Assembly: GCF_001194135.2 (NCBI RefSeq)
Contig: NC_068986.1
Span: forward strand, 27,559,390-27,623,389
Direction: 5' to 3'
From: Octopus bimaculoides
Taxonomy: Eukaryota
DNA: 64,000 bases
A program made the position numbers and the translations under genes. Each line of letters begins with the position of its first letter. Position 1 is the first letter of the stretch. This document shows positions 51,915 through 64,000 of this stretch, in pieces. Below the pieces are notes generated by a model. The model saw only the letters and a list, made by a program, of their open reading frames with translations, did not search any database and had not been told where the DNA came from.

Positions 51915-52085
51915 ACACACGATGTACTTCCACATGGTTTCCACCTACCAAATTCACTTCACAAGGCATTGGCCTGACCAGGAATTTAGTAGAAAACATT
52001 TGCCCAACGCGTATTATACACTGGGACTGAACCCAAAAACCACTTGGTTACAAACTGAGCTTCTTAAACACACAACCATGCTAGA
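51915..52085 (-). mobile_element. Family B head
   Basis: gtttccacctaccaaattcacttcacaaggc...ctgggactgaaccc. Confidence 0.6.
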
Positions 52086-52206
52086 CTGTAACCCCCCCCC
52101 TCTCCTCTTTTGCTGGCTCATGGTGTTAAATGTTTGTGAGAGAGAAGTGACTGAAACATCTTGAAAACATATTATGCTTTGGGTGGCTGCTGCTGATGGT
52201 AGGTAC

Positions 52207-52243
<37 letters not shown>

Positions 52244-53149
52244 GTAACAAGGGAGATGACTAAGTTAAGTTTCTAGCTTGTTTCAAACATTACAGCTGAG
52301 GCCATGCTAGAGTGCCATGAAATTGATTGCTGATGACTGAGTAAAGAGCTGCTGCTGCTACTGCTACTGCTGCTGCTGCTACTGCTACTACTACAGATTC
52401 GGTGTTTGATAGTAAGAACTACTTGAAGCAAGATTGGGATTAAGCAGGAGGTAAATGAGAGAAATAGTTACTGACATGTCGCATTCATCTGATTTGTGTG
52501 TCAACAAGAAGTAATGGTTCGTAAAATATGTGTGTGTGTGTGTATGCCTGTACCAGCACGTGTGTGTGTGTGAAAGACAACTTTTTTCATAGACACAACA
52601 TGTTTTCAATGAAGTGAAAAGATATGTGTGTGTTAGTTTTAGACTTTGGATAATGCTCAAGTGCTCTATGAAACAAGACTATTTTTTATTTCTAATTGCA
52701 CTACCGTTTGATATTTAACAGTGGATACTCTTGAATCTATTGTACTCTAAATGTCCTTTACCATTCTATATGTGCCAGTCTTGAAGTGTTCATCAGCCAG
52801 TCTTGAAGTGTGCAATAATCACACCAGTGGTACTAATCTTGGGAAGTGAGGAACTCCCTAACATAAAGGAGAAAACTCCAACTCTTGACTCGTCATTCAG
52901 TTTGATTCTTTAATGGAGTCAGTACATGACTGGGGCTTTGATTCGGAGTCAAATGTGCCAAGATGCAACTCCTGACATTGGTTCTTCCTATTGGCACATC
53001 TGGAGAGATATGGTCAAGTGAATTAACTATAGTTGTGATACCTAACTTTTTGTTTTTGCACTGTGGTCTGGTGTCATGCAAGACAATCTTTTTCACAGAC
53101 TGAAGGATCATGCACTCTTATTATTTATTGTTAGTGTTTGTAGATAAAA

Positions 53150-53446
53150 AGTACCCATTCTGGTGCCATGTAGAAAGAACCCTTTTTGGTGCCATCTTAA
53201 AAGCACCCTTTCTGGTGCCATGTAAATAGCCCCTGTGCTGGTGCCTCGTATAAAGCGCTGATGTCACTTAAAATGCACCTAGTACACTGTAAAGTAGTTG
53301 GTATTAGGAAGGGCAGCCAGCCATAGAAACCATGCCAAAACAGACAATTGGAACCTGGTTGGCCAACCCTTGGAACCTGGTTGACCAATCAAACTCTCCA
53401 ACCCATACCAGCATGGAAAATAGACATTAAATGTTGATGATGATGA
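53150..53446 (+). mobile_element. Family A variant with short (~27-nt) ctggtgcca monomers
   Basis: ctggtgcc at ~53160, ~53187, ~53212 and ~53238, then A tail and (gat)n. Confidence 0.7.
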
Positions 53447-53554
53447 TTTGTGGGCTCACTGGTGCACAAAAACTGATTTAAATAAGTACGGGAAAGAGGC
53501 TTGGAGGGAAGCCATAATTTTTCTAAAGAAAATATGCTGCAATAGTTAATATTG

Positions 53555-53843
53555 TTTATTTATTTATGCACCCTTTTAAAGTCTAACCAGGCTCATAGGC
53601 CTGGTTTCCCGGTTTCTATGGTGTATGTGTTCCCCCCAGCTGGACGGGCCACCAATCCATCGCAGCATTACTCAAGAAACAGGATGAAAGAGTGAGAGAA
53701 AGATGGCACGAAAGAGTACAATAGGGGTTGCCATCCACCCCTCCTGCCGAAGCTTTGTGGAGCTTTTAGGTGTTTTCGCTCAATAAACACTCACAATGCC
53801 TGGTCTGGGAATCGAAACCGCGATCCTCTGACCGCGAGTCCGC
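53555..53843 (-). mobile_element. Family C' SINE (C head/body with a different 3' tail)
   Basis: 53675-53843 is the reverse complement of the C head/body. 53555-53674 is unrelated to the C tail and ends in (TAAA)n. Confidence 0.8.
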
Positions 53844-54369
53844 NNNNNNNNNNNNNNNNNNNNNNNNNNNNNNNNNNNNNNNNNNNNNNNNNNNNNNNNN
53901 NNNNNNNNNNNNNNNNNNNNNNNNNNNNNNNNNNNNNNNNNNNNNNNNNNNNNNNNNNNNNNNNNNNNNNNNNNNNNNNNNNNNNNNNNNNNNNNNNNNN
54001 NNNNNNNNNNNNNNNNNNNNNNNNNNNNNNNNNNNNNNNNNNNNNNNNNNNNNNNNNNNNNNNNNNNNNNNNNNNNNNNNNNNNNNNNNNNNNNNNNNNN
54101 NNNNNNNNNNNNNNNNNNNNNNNNNNNNNNNNNNNNNNNNNNNNNNNNNNNNNNNNNNNNNNNNNNNNNNNNNNNNNNNNNNNNNNNNNNNNNTGTATGG
54201 ATACAAGCTTCTGTTTCTATGTTGGTCTTCATTTTCTTTTCAACAGAAATGTACACCTCATCATATATTTATTAACTGTTTTCAACAGAATCCACCACCC
54301 CCTCTCGTCAAACCACGTCTCACTAGTATACCTGCCAATATTCAGTTGCAAAGCAGTCTTTTTTATTAC

Positions 54370-54406
<37 letters not shown>

Positions 54407-54820
54407 TTCATAACTGTCAGAATATAGCTGAATAATAGACTAACAGCCAAGTTAAATCATTGTGCTGAATGAACAATTGGTAGACCAGTCAACAGACAAA
54501 GCAACAAGAAAAACAAAAGAAACAAGAAAAAAAAAAGTAAAAAAAGTAAAACTTTGATTTAAACAAATGACAGTGGTGCAAGAAAACTCTCTGGATATAT
54601 AAGATCTGTATGTGGTGCAGAAAGGAGAACATGAAGGGGTGGGGGAACCCTTTAGATAAACCAGTAATCATCTTGTTTTAGCTCTATGTAGGGTCTTGCA
54701 TCTGTCTGTCTGTCTGTCGCTCTCTCTGTCTCTGTTTCTCTCTGTTTCTGTCTGTCCGTCCGTCCGTCCGTCCGCCCGTCTGTCTGTCTCTCTCTGTCTC
54801 CCTCCTCCTCTCTCTCTCGT

Positions 54821-55240
54821 GCAGGCATGGCTGTGTGGTTTAGAAGCTCGATTTGCAACTATGCTGTTTTAGGTTCAGTCCCACTGCATAGCACCTTGGG
54901 CAAGTGTCTTCTTCCATAGATAGGCCCAAGCCAACTAATTACCTTGTGAATAAATATAGTAAATGGAAACTGTTTGGAAGCCTGTGGTGTGTATGTATGT
55001 GTGTGTACACACACAAACATGTATATGTGTATGTATGTGTATTTACATGTCTTTATGCTTGTGCTCATCTCCCATTACTGCTTAGCTGCAAGTGATGGTT
55101 CGCTTCCCCATAACTTAGCTGTTTGGCTAAAGAGACCGACAGAATAGGCACCAGGCTTATGTACTGGAGTCAATTTGTTTGACTAAGACCCCTCAGGGTG
55201 GTGCTCCAGCATGGCTGTGATCCACTGACTGAAACAAGTT
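54821..55240 (+). mobile_element. Family B SINE, full length, older
   Basis: Head, (TG/TA)n linker and B tail. Confidence 0.75.
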
Positions 55241-56032
55241 GGAGATACATGAAAATTACCAAACAACAGGAGTGCAGTGTTTTTATTCCATGTTTTTTTT
55301 CTTCTTTTTTTTAAAAATCCTAAGTTACATTCATCTCTTTTACTTGAAGGGTGTGAAATGATCCATTGGATTAGTAAGAAAGAAATTAATGTTAAAGAAA
55401 GGTTTCAAGGTTTAAGAAAGAGAAGAAATAAATGAGGAAAACTGTTAACAAAAACAAAAAAAAAACTCTGTAATTAAACATAATTATGCAGTGGACCATT
55501 AATTAAGCTGTGTGACTCCTCATTGAACTTGTGCTGTTTAGGAATTGCAAGTAATACGTAGTGAAAAGGGAAATAAAATGTAAACTTTTTAGATTAACTT
55601 TTCTGTGAAACCCACTTGGGAGAACATCTGTGTGTGTGTGTGTGTGTTTATTAGCAGTTAATTAATTAAAATGAACTAGAGATATTAATGTAACGGGAGA
55701 AATTTGAGTTTAGCTGTTTAAAATAGGTTATATTTTGGGTACCACAAGCTGCAGTAAGAATTGTTGTCATCATCACTGCTGTTATCATCATCATCATCAT
55801 CATGGTGGTGAAGATGAGGATGGTGGTGATGATAATGAAGATGATAACAGTGTTGATGGTGATTCCTACTGCAGCTAGTGCCCTGCAAAATACATCATCA
55901 CCATCATTGATCATCATCATCATCATCGTCGTCATCATCATTGTCGTCATCATCATCTTCATCACTGCCACTATCACCACCACCATTTGTGTATTTATAC
56001 TGAGAGTTGTTAAGGCAATATTTCACTTTCCA

Positions 56033-56226
56033 AGGGGTGGTGAGCTGGCAGAATCGTTAACATGCTGGGCAAGATGCTTAATGGTTTTTCATCCACCTTT
56101 ATACATTCTGAGTTGAAATTCTACTGAGCTTGAATTTGCCTTTCATCCCTTTGATGGGAGGGGGGGCAATGAAATAAGTACCAGTTGAGAATTGGGGTTG
56201 ATATAATCGACTTAACCCCTACCCCA
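56033..56226 (+). mobile_element. Family D SINE, interrupted near its 3' end
   Basis: ggtgagctggcagaatcgtt...gagttgaaattc...gcctttcatcc...aagtaccagttg...ggggttgatataatcgactt. Confidence 0.8.
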
Positions 56227-56466
56227 GTGGAAGCGCAATGACCCAGTGGTTTGGGCAGCGGACTCGCAGTCATAGGATCGCGGTTTCGATTCCCAGACCG
56301 GGCGTTGTGAGTGTTTATTGAGCGAAAACACCTAAAGCTCCACGAGGCTCCGGCAAGGGATGGTGGCGAACCCTGCTGTACTCTTTCACCACAACTTTGT
56401 CTCACTCTTTCTTCCTGTTTCTGCTGTGTCTGTAATTCAAAGGGGTCAGCCTTGTCACACTGTGTC
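56227..56466 (+). mobile_element. Family C SINE (runs into an N gap)
   Basis: Near-identical to the head and body of 7642-8187, with the same tail type. Confidence 0.85.
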
Positions 56467-57178
56467 NNNNNNNNNNNNNNNNNNNNNNNNNNNNNNNNNN
56501 NNNNNNNNNNNNNNNNNNNNNNNNNNNNNNNNNNNNNNNNNNNNNNNNNNNNNNNNNNNNNNNNNNNNNNNNNNNNNNNNNNNNNNNNNNNNNNNNNNNN
56601 NNNNNNNNNNNNNNNNNNNNNNNNNNNNNNNNNNNNNNNNNNNNNNNNNNNNNNNNNNNNNNNNNNNNNNNNNNNNNNNNNNNNNNNNNNNNNNNNNNNN
56701 NNNNNNNNNNNNNNNNNNNNNNNNNNNNNNNNNNNNNNNNNNNNNNNNNNNNNNNNNNNNNNNNNNNNNNNNNNNNNNNNNNNNNNNNNNNNNNNNNNNN
56801 NNNNNNNNNNNNNNNNNNNNNNNNNNNNNNNNNNNNNNNNNNNNNNNNNNNNNNNNNNNNNNNNNNNNNNNNNNNNNNNNNNNNNNNNNNNNNNNNNNNN
56901 NNNNNNNNNNNNNNNNNNNNNNNNNNNNNNNNNNNNNNNNNNNNNNNNNNNNNNNNNNNNNNNNNNNNNNNNNNNNNNNNNNNNNNNNNNNNNNNNNNNN
57001 NNNNNNNNNNNNNNNNNNNNNNNNNNNNNNNNNNNNNNNNNNNNNNNNNNNNNNNNNNNNNNNNNNNNNNNNNNNNNNNNNNNNNNNNNNNNNNNNNNNN
57101 NNNNNNNNNNNNNNNNNNNNNNNNNNNNNNNNNNNNNNNNNNNNNNNNNNNNNNNNNNNNNNNNNNNNNNNNNNNNNN

Positions 57179-57306
57179 TATTCTTTGTAAGCCTAGTACT
57201 TATTCTATCGGTCTCTTTTTGCCGAACCGCTAAGTGACGGGGACATAAACACACCAGCATCGGTTGTCAAGCAATGCTAGGAGGACAGATACACAAACAC
57301 ATGCAG

Positions 57307-57349
<43 letters not shown>

Positions 57350-57518
57350 CATATATACGACGGGCTTCTTTCAGTTTCCGTCTACCAAATCCACTCACAA
57401 GGCTTTGGTCGGCTCAAGGCTATAGTAGAAGACACTTGCCCAAGGTGCCATGCAGTGGGACTGAACCTGGAATCATGTGGTTGGTAAGCAAGCTACTTAC
57501 CACACAGCCACTCCTGCG
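57179..57518 (-). mobile_element. Family B SINE, young
   Basis: B tail, (CA)(TA) linker, and head ending cacacagccactcctgcg. Confidence 0.85.
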
Positions 57519-57835
57519 TGATCCTCCTGTATTTTCTTTTACTCAAACCCAGGAACTTTTCAGCACATCGTCTTATCCTTTGCTTTTGATATTAAATGTA
57601 AAACCACCAAAAGCTAGAGAGAGAGAGAGAGAGAGAAATTCAGAGTATCATAAATGGAAAGACACTGTGAAAGACGCTGTGAACAGGCAGGGGATGGGGT
57701 GTGGGCATATTGGTAAGAAGTTGAATGGGTGAAAAACAGAAGGATAAATAGCAAAGCGAGGAAGCTGAAAGTTATGTTATGTAGAAATCATTGTGATGGA
57801 TATATAATTGGCCTTTGCAGTGATTGAAGTGCTCT

Positions 57836-57911
57836 AAATCGAGACTGAGAAATTAGGATACCGTCTGGAAACATCATCAATGTGTGGAACCTCATTCCTG
57901 AAACGCTAGTC
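57836..57911 (+). pseudogene. Decayed CR1/L2-clade LINE ORF2 C-terminal remnant
   Basis: With one frameshift it reads KSRL/EIRIPSGNIINVWNLIPETLV, resembling the CR1-type motif RL.IR..FFS.R..N.WN.LP..VV. Confidence 0.4.
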
Positions 57912-57957
57912 TTAAATACATCTTTATTCTTGTTATAGAAGTGTGTGTGTGTGTGAA

Positions 57958-58012
<55 letters not shown>

Positions 58013-58014
58013 TG

Positions 58015-58048
<34 letters not shown>

Positions 58049-58070
58049 TAAATATATATATAACTATTTT

Positions 58071-58113
<43 letters not shown>

Positions 58114-58130
58114 ACACATGTGTATATATC

Positions 58131-58412
58131 GTCATCATCGTTTAATGTCTGCTTTCCATGCTGGCATGGGTGGGACAGTTTGGCAGGAACTGACCAGGTG
58201 GATGCCCTTCCAAGTGCCAACCACTTTACAGTGTGGACTGGATGCTTTTTAAGTGGCACCTGCACAAGGTCACCAAGTAACCTGCTAGACAAAAATCTTT
58301 TGAGAGGGGAGGGGGCATTGCAGGAGGTCATCTCGTATCAGATGATGAAAGGTGATAGGGAGGCAGAGAGGCTGAAACAGGTGTCTCGCTGTAGAGGAGG
58401 TACACGGTCACC
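58131..58412 (-). mobile_element. A3-type element
   Basis: A tail plus the body ggtcaccaagtaacc...acaggtgtctcgctgtagaggagg, related to the decayed (+) copy near 16650-16900. Confidence 0.7.
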
Positions 58413-58482
58413 TGGCCAGAGAGAGAGAGAGAGAGAGATCAGTAATATAGACAGAAACTGGTGTGGTGCCACAAAGGAAATA

Positions 58483-58517
<35 letters not shown>

Positions 58518-58639
58518 GTATGTATAATAATGGAATCTACTGTTAGTCGATGCATGAGGGTTTAACAATATCTTACCGAACAACCACACTGATAATCTGT
58601 TTATTGTGATCAAATGTTTGTGTAGATATAAAGCTCACT

Positions 58640-58816
58640 CCCTCCATCAAATCGACATTACCTGTACAGGTGCAACTGGGTGTCGTGTGTCAGATGTCGA
58701 AATGATTGCAGAGCAAGGTGAAATGAAGTGCTTTGCTCAAGACTGCAACGCCCAGTCTGGGAATCGAACCCATCATCTTGCAGTCGTGTGTGCAACACCC
58801 TAACTATTAAGCCATG
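58640..58816 (-). mobile_element. Family J SINE
   Basis: gggaatcgaaccc (reverse B-box), aagtgctttgctcaag core and taactattaagccatgc (reverse A-box). Confidence 0.6.
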
Positions 58817-58899
58817 CATATAAATATATATATATATACATGCATATATGTATATATACATGTATATATGTATATATACATATGTATATGAATATATAT

Positions 58900-58940
<41 letters not shown>

Positions 58941-58950
58941 NNNNNNNNNN

Positions 58951-58982
<32 letters not shown>

Positions 58983-59518
58983 GTATGTATATATGTATAT
59001 ATACATGCACACATAGAGCCATACATATATGCATGTGTATTATATACATATAAACACGCTTAAACAAACCACATGTGGCGCACACACACACACACACACA
59101 CACATATCTTCATAACTATTTCCTCTTTGGGATGTTTAATTATAATTAGTCTCTGCTTTAAGAATCTAATTTATCCTGATATTTCGTTTCCTCTTTTCCA
59201 TCTGCGTCTGCATTTCCCTGCCTCAGTCACCATCAAACTGAAGTACTTTATTAGTTAATTTAGTGCTTCTAATGTAGGAGGTGGATGTGTTTTCTCTCTC
59301 GCTCTCTCTCAGGGACCTCTTGGTTCCAGTGCATCTTCTCAACCCAACCTTACCTCATTGCCATTACATTCTTTTTCTTAAATACTTAAAGTTCTCTGTT
59401 TAATATCAAAGCTATTTAATTGAAATTAAATCCCCCATTGGTGGATTTTTTTCTGTTCTGAATTGAAATATTTGGATCAGAAGTAAAGAAAAAAAACCCA
59501 CTTCTTACCTAAATATAC

Positions 59519-60130
<612 letters not shown>

Positions 60131-60859
60131 ACACAGATATAAATACTTACATGAGATATAGACATATTTTTTTTTCTGCTTATTGCCTTTTCCTGACTTC
60201 ATTTTAATTCTTTCCGTTGTATCAGATTTCATATAACACTTTATTCAGAAGTGTTTCATATTATGTGCGCATTTTCATGTGCTTGAGTGTGGTGCTTGTG
60301 TGTATGTTTAACCATTTACTGGTATACAATGCACTTGTGGAAAATTGAGATTTCTTCGTGACATCCAATACAACATAGTGTATGTAGGAAGACTTGTTTT
60401 TTCACTTACATGCTTGACTACTTCAAACTAAATACATTTAACTAAGAGAGAGCCATGGAAAGAAGACTGCCAGCTGCCTTGATTTTACAAGTATGACAAG
60501 TTAAAATATTTGACTATTGAGACAGGTTTTGTGTAGTTTTGGTGGTCTGTGTTGTTTGTTTATGTATTCACAACTCCCTAAGGTTTCGTAGAGATGGTTT
60601 TGTGTATAGGAGAGAAAAGAAATTTCATCTGGAAAGGATATGCAAAGAAGCAGTTACATTATGTAGAAGCCATTCTTGGGATTTAATAACACATGAAGTT
60701 ATTAAATATACTTTGACCCTTTTGTTACTGTATTTCTGTTTGCATATTCTGTCTTCATTACGTAGCTTTTGAAAATAGTTGAGAATTTAGTGAAATTCTT
60801 CGTCATTATTAAAGTGATGTTTTGGGGACATTGCTTTGAATATTCTAATCGAATGAATC

Positions 60860-60962
60860 AACCCCAGTACTTATTCTGTTGGCCTCCCTTATTGAACTGC
60901 TAAGCTATGGGGAACATAAACACACCAACACCAGTCGTCAAGTGATGGTGAGAGACAAAGAC

Positions 60963-61007
<45 letters not shown>

Positions 61008-61125
61008 GGGTTTCTTTCAGCTTCCGTCTACCAAATCCACTCACAAGGTTTTGGTCAGCCCAAGGCTACAGTAAAAGACACATGTCCAAGGTACTATGCA
61101 GTGGTGAACCATGTGGTTGGAAAGC
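60860..61125 (-). mobile_element. Family B SINE with internal deletions
   Basis: accccagtacttattc...(CA)n...ttccgtctaccaaatccactcacaagg. Confidence 0.7.
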
Positions 61126-61284
61126 GATTAAATGCTTTTATCACCATATTCTTGATGCAACATACTTCTATGTAGCCTAAAAACATGGAAATATGGAAAG
61201 CAAGTTGAAGGCAAGTTACGCAGCAGATTATATTTATTAGTCTATGATACAAAATCATTAAATTTAGGGATTAAATATTTTATC

Positions 61285-61735
61285 TTCATATTTCTATTGA
61301 CATTTTAGTAACTTTGAAAATAATCAAGATTCAGATGGCATTTTGTAAATTAACTAACTTTTGTCATTATCAGTTTGATGTCTGAAATGTAACTTAACAA
61401 ATAAAAGATTTTACATAAAATTATGTTAGAATGAATATTTTAGAACAGGAGATTTTACATCATTGAACCAGAGGCTGTTTTAGAGAGTTTGGTACAAAAA
61501 CGAGTTGAATTGTCATTGCTACTGTTTAGTTCCAGGGTCAGTCCTGATCAGGCTAACCTCTGATATCATCAAAGACATTCCAGTCATGATCCTACCATTA
61601 TTTTATATACCCAGGACTACATTGTCCAATGTCTCCTTTCTCTCACACTTGTTTTTTTAAAGACATATGGAATGGTTTGAGAGAGATTTAGCTGCTATAT
61701 CAAACAGGCTGAAGAACCTTGGAAAGGCTTTCTTT
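61285..61735 (+). repeat. Decayed family I MITE (61285-61510) followed by a family G copy (61530-61735)
   Basis: catcattgaaccagaggctg...ttggtacaaaaa, then gtttagttccagggtcagtcctgatc...gagatttagctgctat. Confidence 0.5.
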
Positions 61736-62484
61736 TTAGTATTAAGTTATCACGGAAGCAGGCTGTCTCTGTTTTTATTGCTTTTGTATTTCCTTTCCAT
61801 TCCTACCTCGCCAATCTGTAATTAATCTAAACTACGGATATGGCCTTTTCCTATAAAGGAAGCTAAAGACAATTCTATTTTACTGCAGTCTTCCTCTTCT
61901 TAATAAGGTAGATTTCCATGGAGTCGTATCCTCTGCAAACAATTATGGCAATCTCTTCCAGTTCCTTTTAATAAATGGTTTGTTTAATCCAACCAGTGCT
62001 GTGATGTTACCACTATATTTGTTCTTTCTCCACTCTAATGTGTCTAATTAACACAGAAATCCTTACTGCTCTACATCCTGTTCAACACTATTGTTTCCCC
62101 TCTCAGAGTTTCTTGATCGTTTAACTGCTTAACATATATTTCCTAAATTATTGGACTTTGTCAGTAATGAAGTCAAGCCAGTTGTGTTTAGTTAATGTTG
62201 TTCGAAAGTAGAGTAAATTGCTTTGTCATGAGGAAGAGGAGATGCTAAATTCTAGCATTCCAAGCAGGACTCATTATCAGAGAGCAATGTTTTCTAATGA
62301 TATAGAATGAGAATGAAAAAATGGTAACTGTTTGGAGAAATTCTTGTGAATGATATAAATAAAAAAAAAAGAAATAAAAAGAAGAATGTCACATAAGCAT
62401 TGTCTTGGTGCTTAGCTTTTGTTTCCTGGTGTTGGACTGAGGGAAGATAAATCTTTACGTCAATTGGGTACCACTCTGGCTTAT

Positions 62485-63205
62485 TGCTTTTGCTTCAGTC
62501 ACTAGATTGTGGCCATGGTGGGGCACCACCAAGAAGAATTAACCCCAGTCCTTACTTTTTAAGCCTGGTACTGTTTCTGTCTGTTTCTTTTGCCAAACTG
62601 CTAAGTTGTGGGCATGTAAACACACCAACACCAGGAGTCATGCAGTGGGAGGGGGGCACAAACACACACACACACACACACTCTCACACATACATTGTCT
62701 CTCTCTCACAAACACACATACACCTATATATAATAGAGGAGTTGTGGTGATTTGCTGTACTTGAGAAGACATGCCAACCAAAGTAAAATTGCTGCCATCC
62801 ATATATTATAAGCTTGTCCTTTACAGGTACTGGTGCACATAAAATGCACTTGTGCTGGTGCTGTGAAAAAGCACCCATGCTGGTGGTATGTAAATGGTAC
62901 CCAACACACTCTTTAAAGTGGTTGGCATTAGGAAGGGCATCCAGCCATAGAAACCATGCCACAACAGACTATTGGAGTCTGGATAGCTCCCCTGCTAGCC
63001 AGCTCCATGTCATACCGTTCAACCCATGCCAGCATGGAAAATGGATGTTAAATAGTGATGGTGACACCTTTCAGTTTCCATTTACCAAATTCACTCACAA
63101 AGCTTTGACTGATCTGAAGCTATAGTAGAAGACACATGCCCAAGGTGCCATGCAGTGGGACTGAACCCAGAAGCTTGTGGTTGGGAAGCAAACTTCTTAC
63201 TATGC
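62485..63205 (-). mobile_element. Family B SINE with an A-type element inserted in its microsatellite linker
   Basis: B tail 62485-62700, insert 62735-63066 (+), B head 63067-63205. Confidence 0.7.
62735..63066 (+). mobile_element. A-tail element (variant body)
   Basis: gtggttggcattaggaagggcatccagccatagaaacc...ggatgttaaatagtgatg. Confidence 0.7.
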
Positions 63206-63329
63206 AGCCGAGTATTTAGGTGAGCTGAGCCATGCTGTATTTAGTCATCATAATAATGTCTACTTTTCCATGCTTGCCTGGGTCAGACAGTATTTGTCAA
63301 GGCAGAGTTTTTTAGACAGTCAGAGATGC

Positions 63330-63590
63330 CCTGTGTGTGTGAGGGGTGGGGTAGTGTTTCCTTCTCTTGACATCACACAATGGTTGTAAATGAATGTGAC
63401 TGTCATACAAAAAGGTTTCAATCATTTCTGAACACCCTTGAAAACATGTCTGGCCACGAGTAAATATTACCTTACTTTGAAACAGGTGAAAGTTGACATA
63501 AAAGAAGGGTATCTCGCTGTAGAAAATCTGCCTCGGAAAATTCCATCCAACCCAGGAAAGTGGTCTGTAAAACATTGATGATGATGAATA
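63330..63590 (+). mobile_element. A2-type element (linker + A2 body + A tail)
   Basis: cttgacatcac...gaaaacatgtctggccac...aatattaccttactttgaaacaggtg...gctgtagaaaatctgcctc...(gat)n. Confidence 0.65.
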
Positions 63591-64000
63591 TTAATTCATG
63601 AACTGTATGTATGTATGTGTGTGGGTTGGCGGGTGTATATTTCCTTTCTTCTCTATTTATAAACTCTTGCCTTTCACATTGAATATACCTTTTCATATTG
63701 GCTTTGTTTCGTAAAGAACTCCAGTTCTCTTTCCTTTTCTGCCCGATTTTATCTTTTTTCCTTCATGCTGAAATATTAATTAGTACAAATCTAAGAGAAC
63801 AATAGAACTGCTATAATTCTTTCATATCTGTATTCTGTATCCAATTAATTAATCCTAGAACAGCAACAACAACAACAGCAACGACGACTCAAAATAAGAA
63901 ATAAGTCTCCAGTATATTATCATCGTTAGAAGCCCAATCTGATTTAGTTTCATCAAATGTCTTTCTTTATTTTCCCTTCCTTACCATTTTCATTTTTAAT

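Noticed and set aside
52850-53111. Higher-complexity segment with short ORFs on both strands
   Set aside because: All frames are short, with no recognisable motif or splice structure.

Overview
AT-rich eukaryotic genomic DNA, extremely dense in microsatellites ((TA)n, (CA)n, (CT)n, (TATG)n, (GAT)n), with about 16 assembly gaps, most flanked by (TA)n or other simple repeats. The repeat landscape resembles an octopus (coleoid cephalopod) genome, possibly a short-read Octopus bimaculoides-type scaffold. This is recognition from memory, not a database result. I found no supportable protein-coding exon: nearly all ORFs in the track are microsatellite, N-gap or repeat translations, so the window is probably intergenic or deep intronic. 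It is dominated by (i) several tRNA-derived SINE families, given working labels B, C, D and J; (ii) a shared 3' tail module ending in (GAT)n, label A, attached to at least three different bodies; (iii) non-autonomous DNA elements (hAT, Tc1/mariner, pogo/Tigger, piggyBac-like, Helentron-like); (iv) an unclassified repeat G; and (v) tiny decayed mariner and CR1/L2 coding remnants. The most notable signals are a type I hammerhead-ribozyme motif with an intact catalytic core at 37499-37606, a ~35-bp fold-back hairpin about 155 bp downstream, and a modular mix-and-match SINE architecture with a microsatellite hinge and swapped tails. Most repeat boundaries are approximate (about +/-10-20 bp) unless a TSD or TIR is cited.
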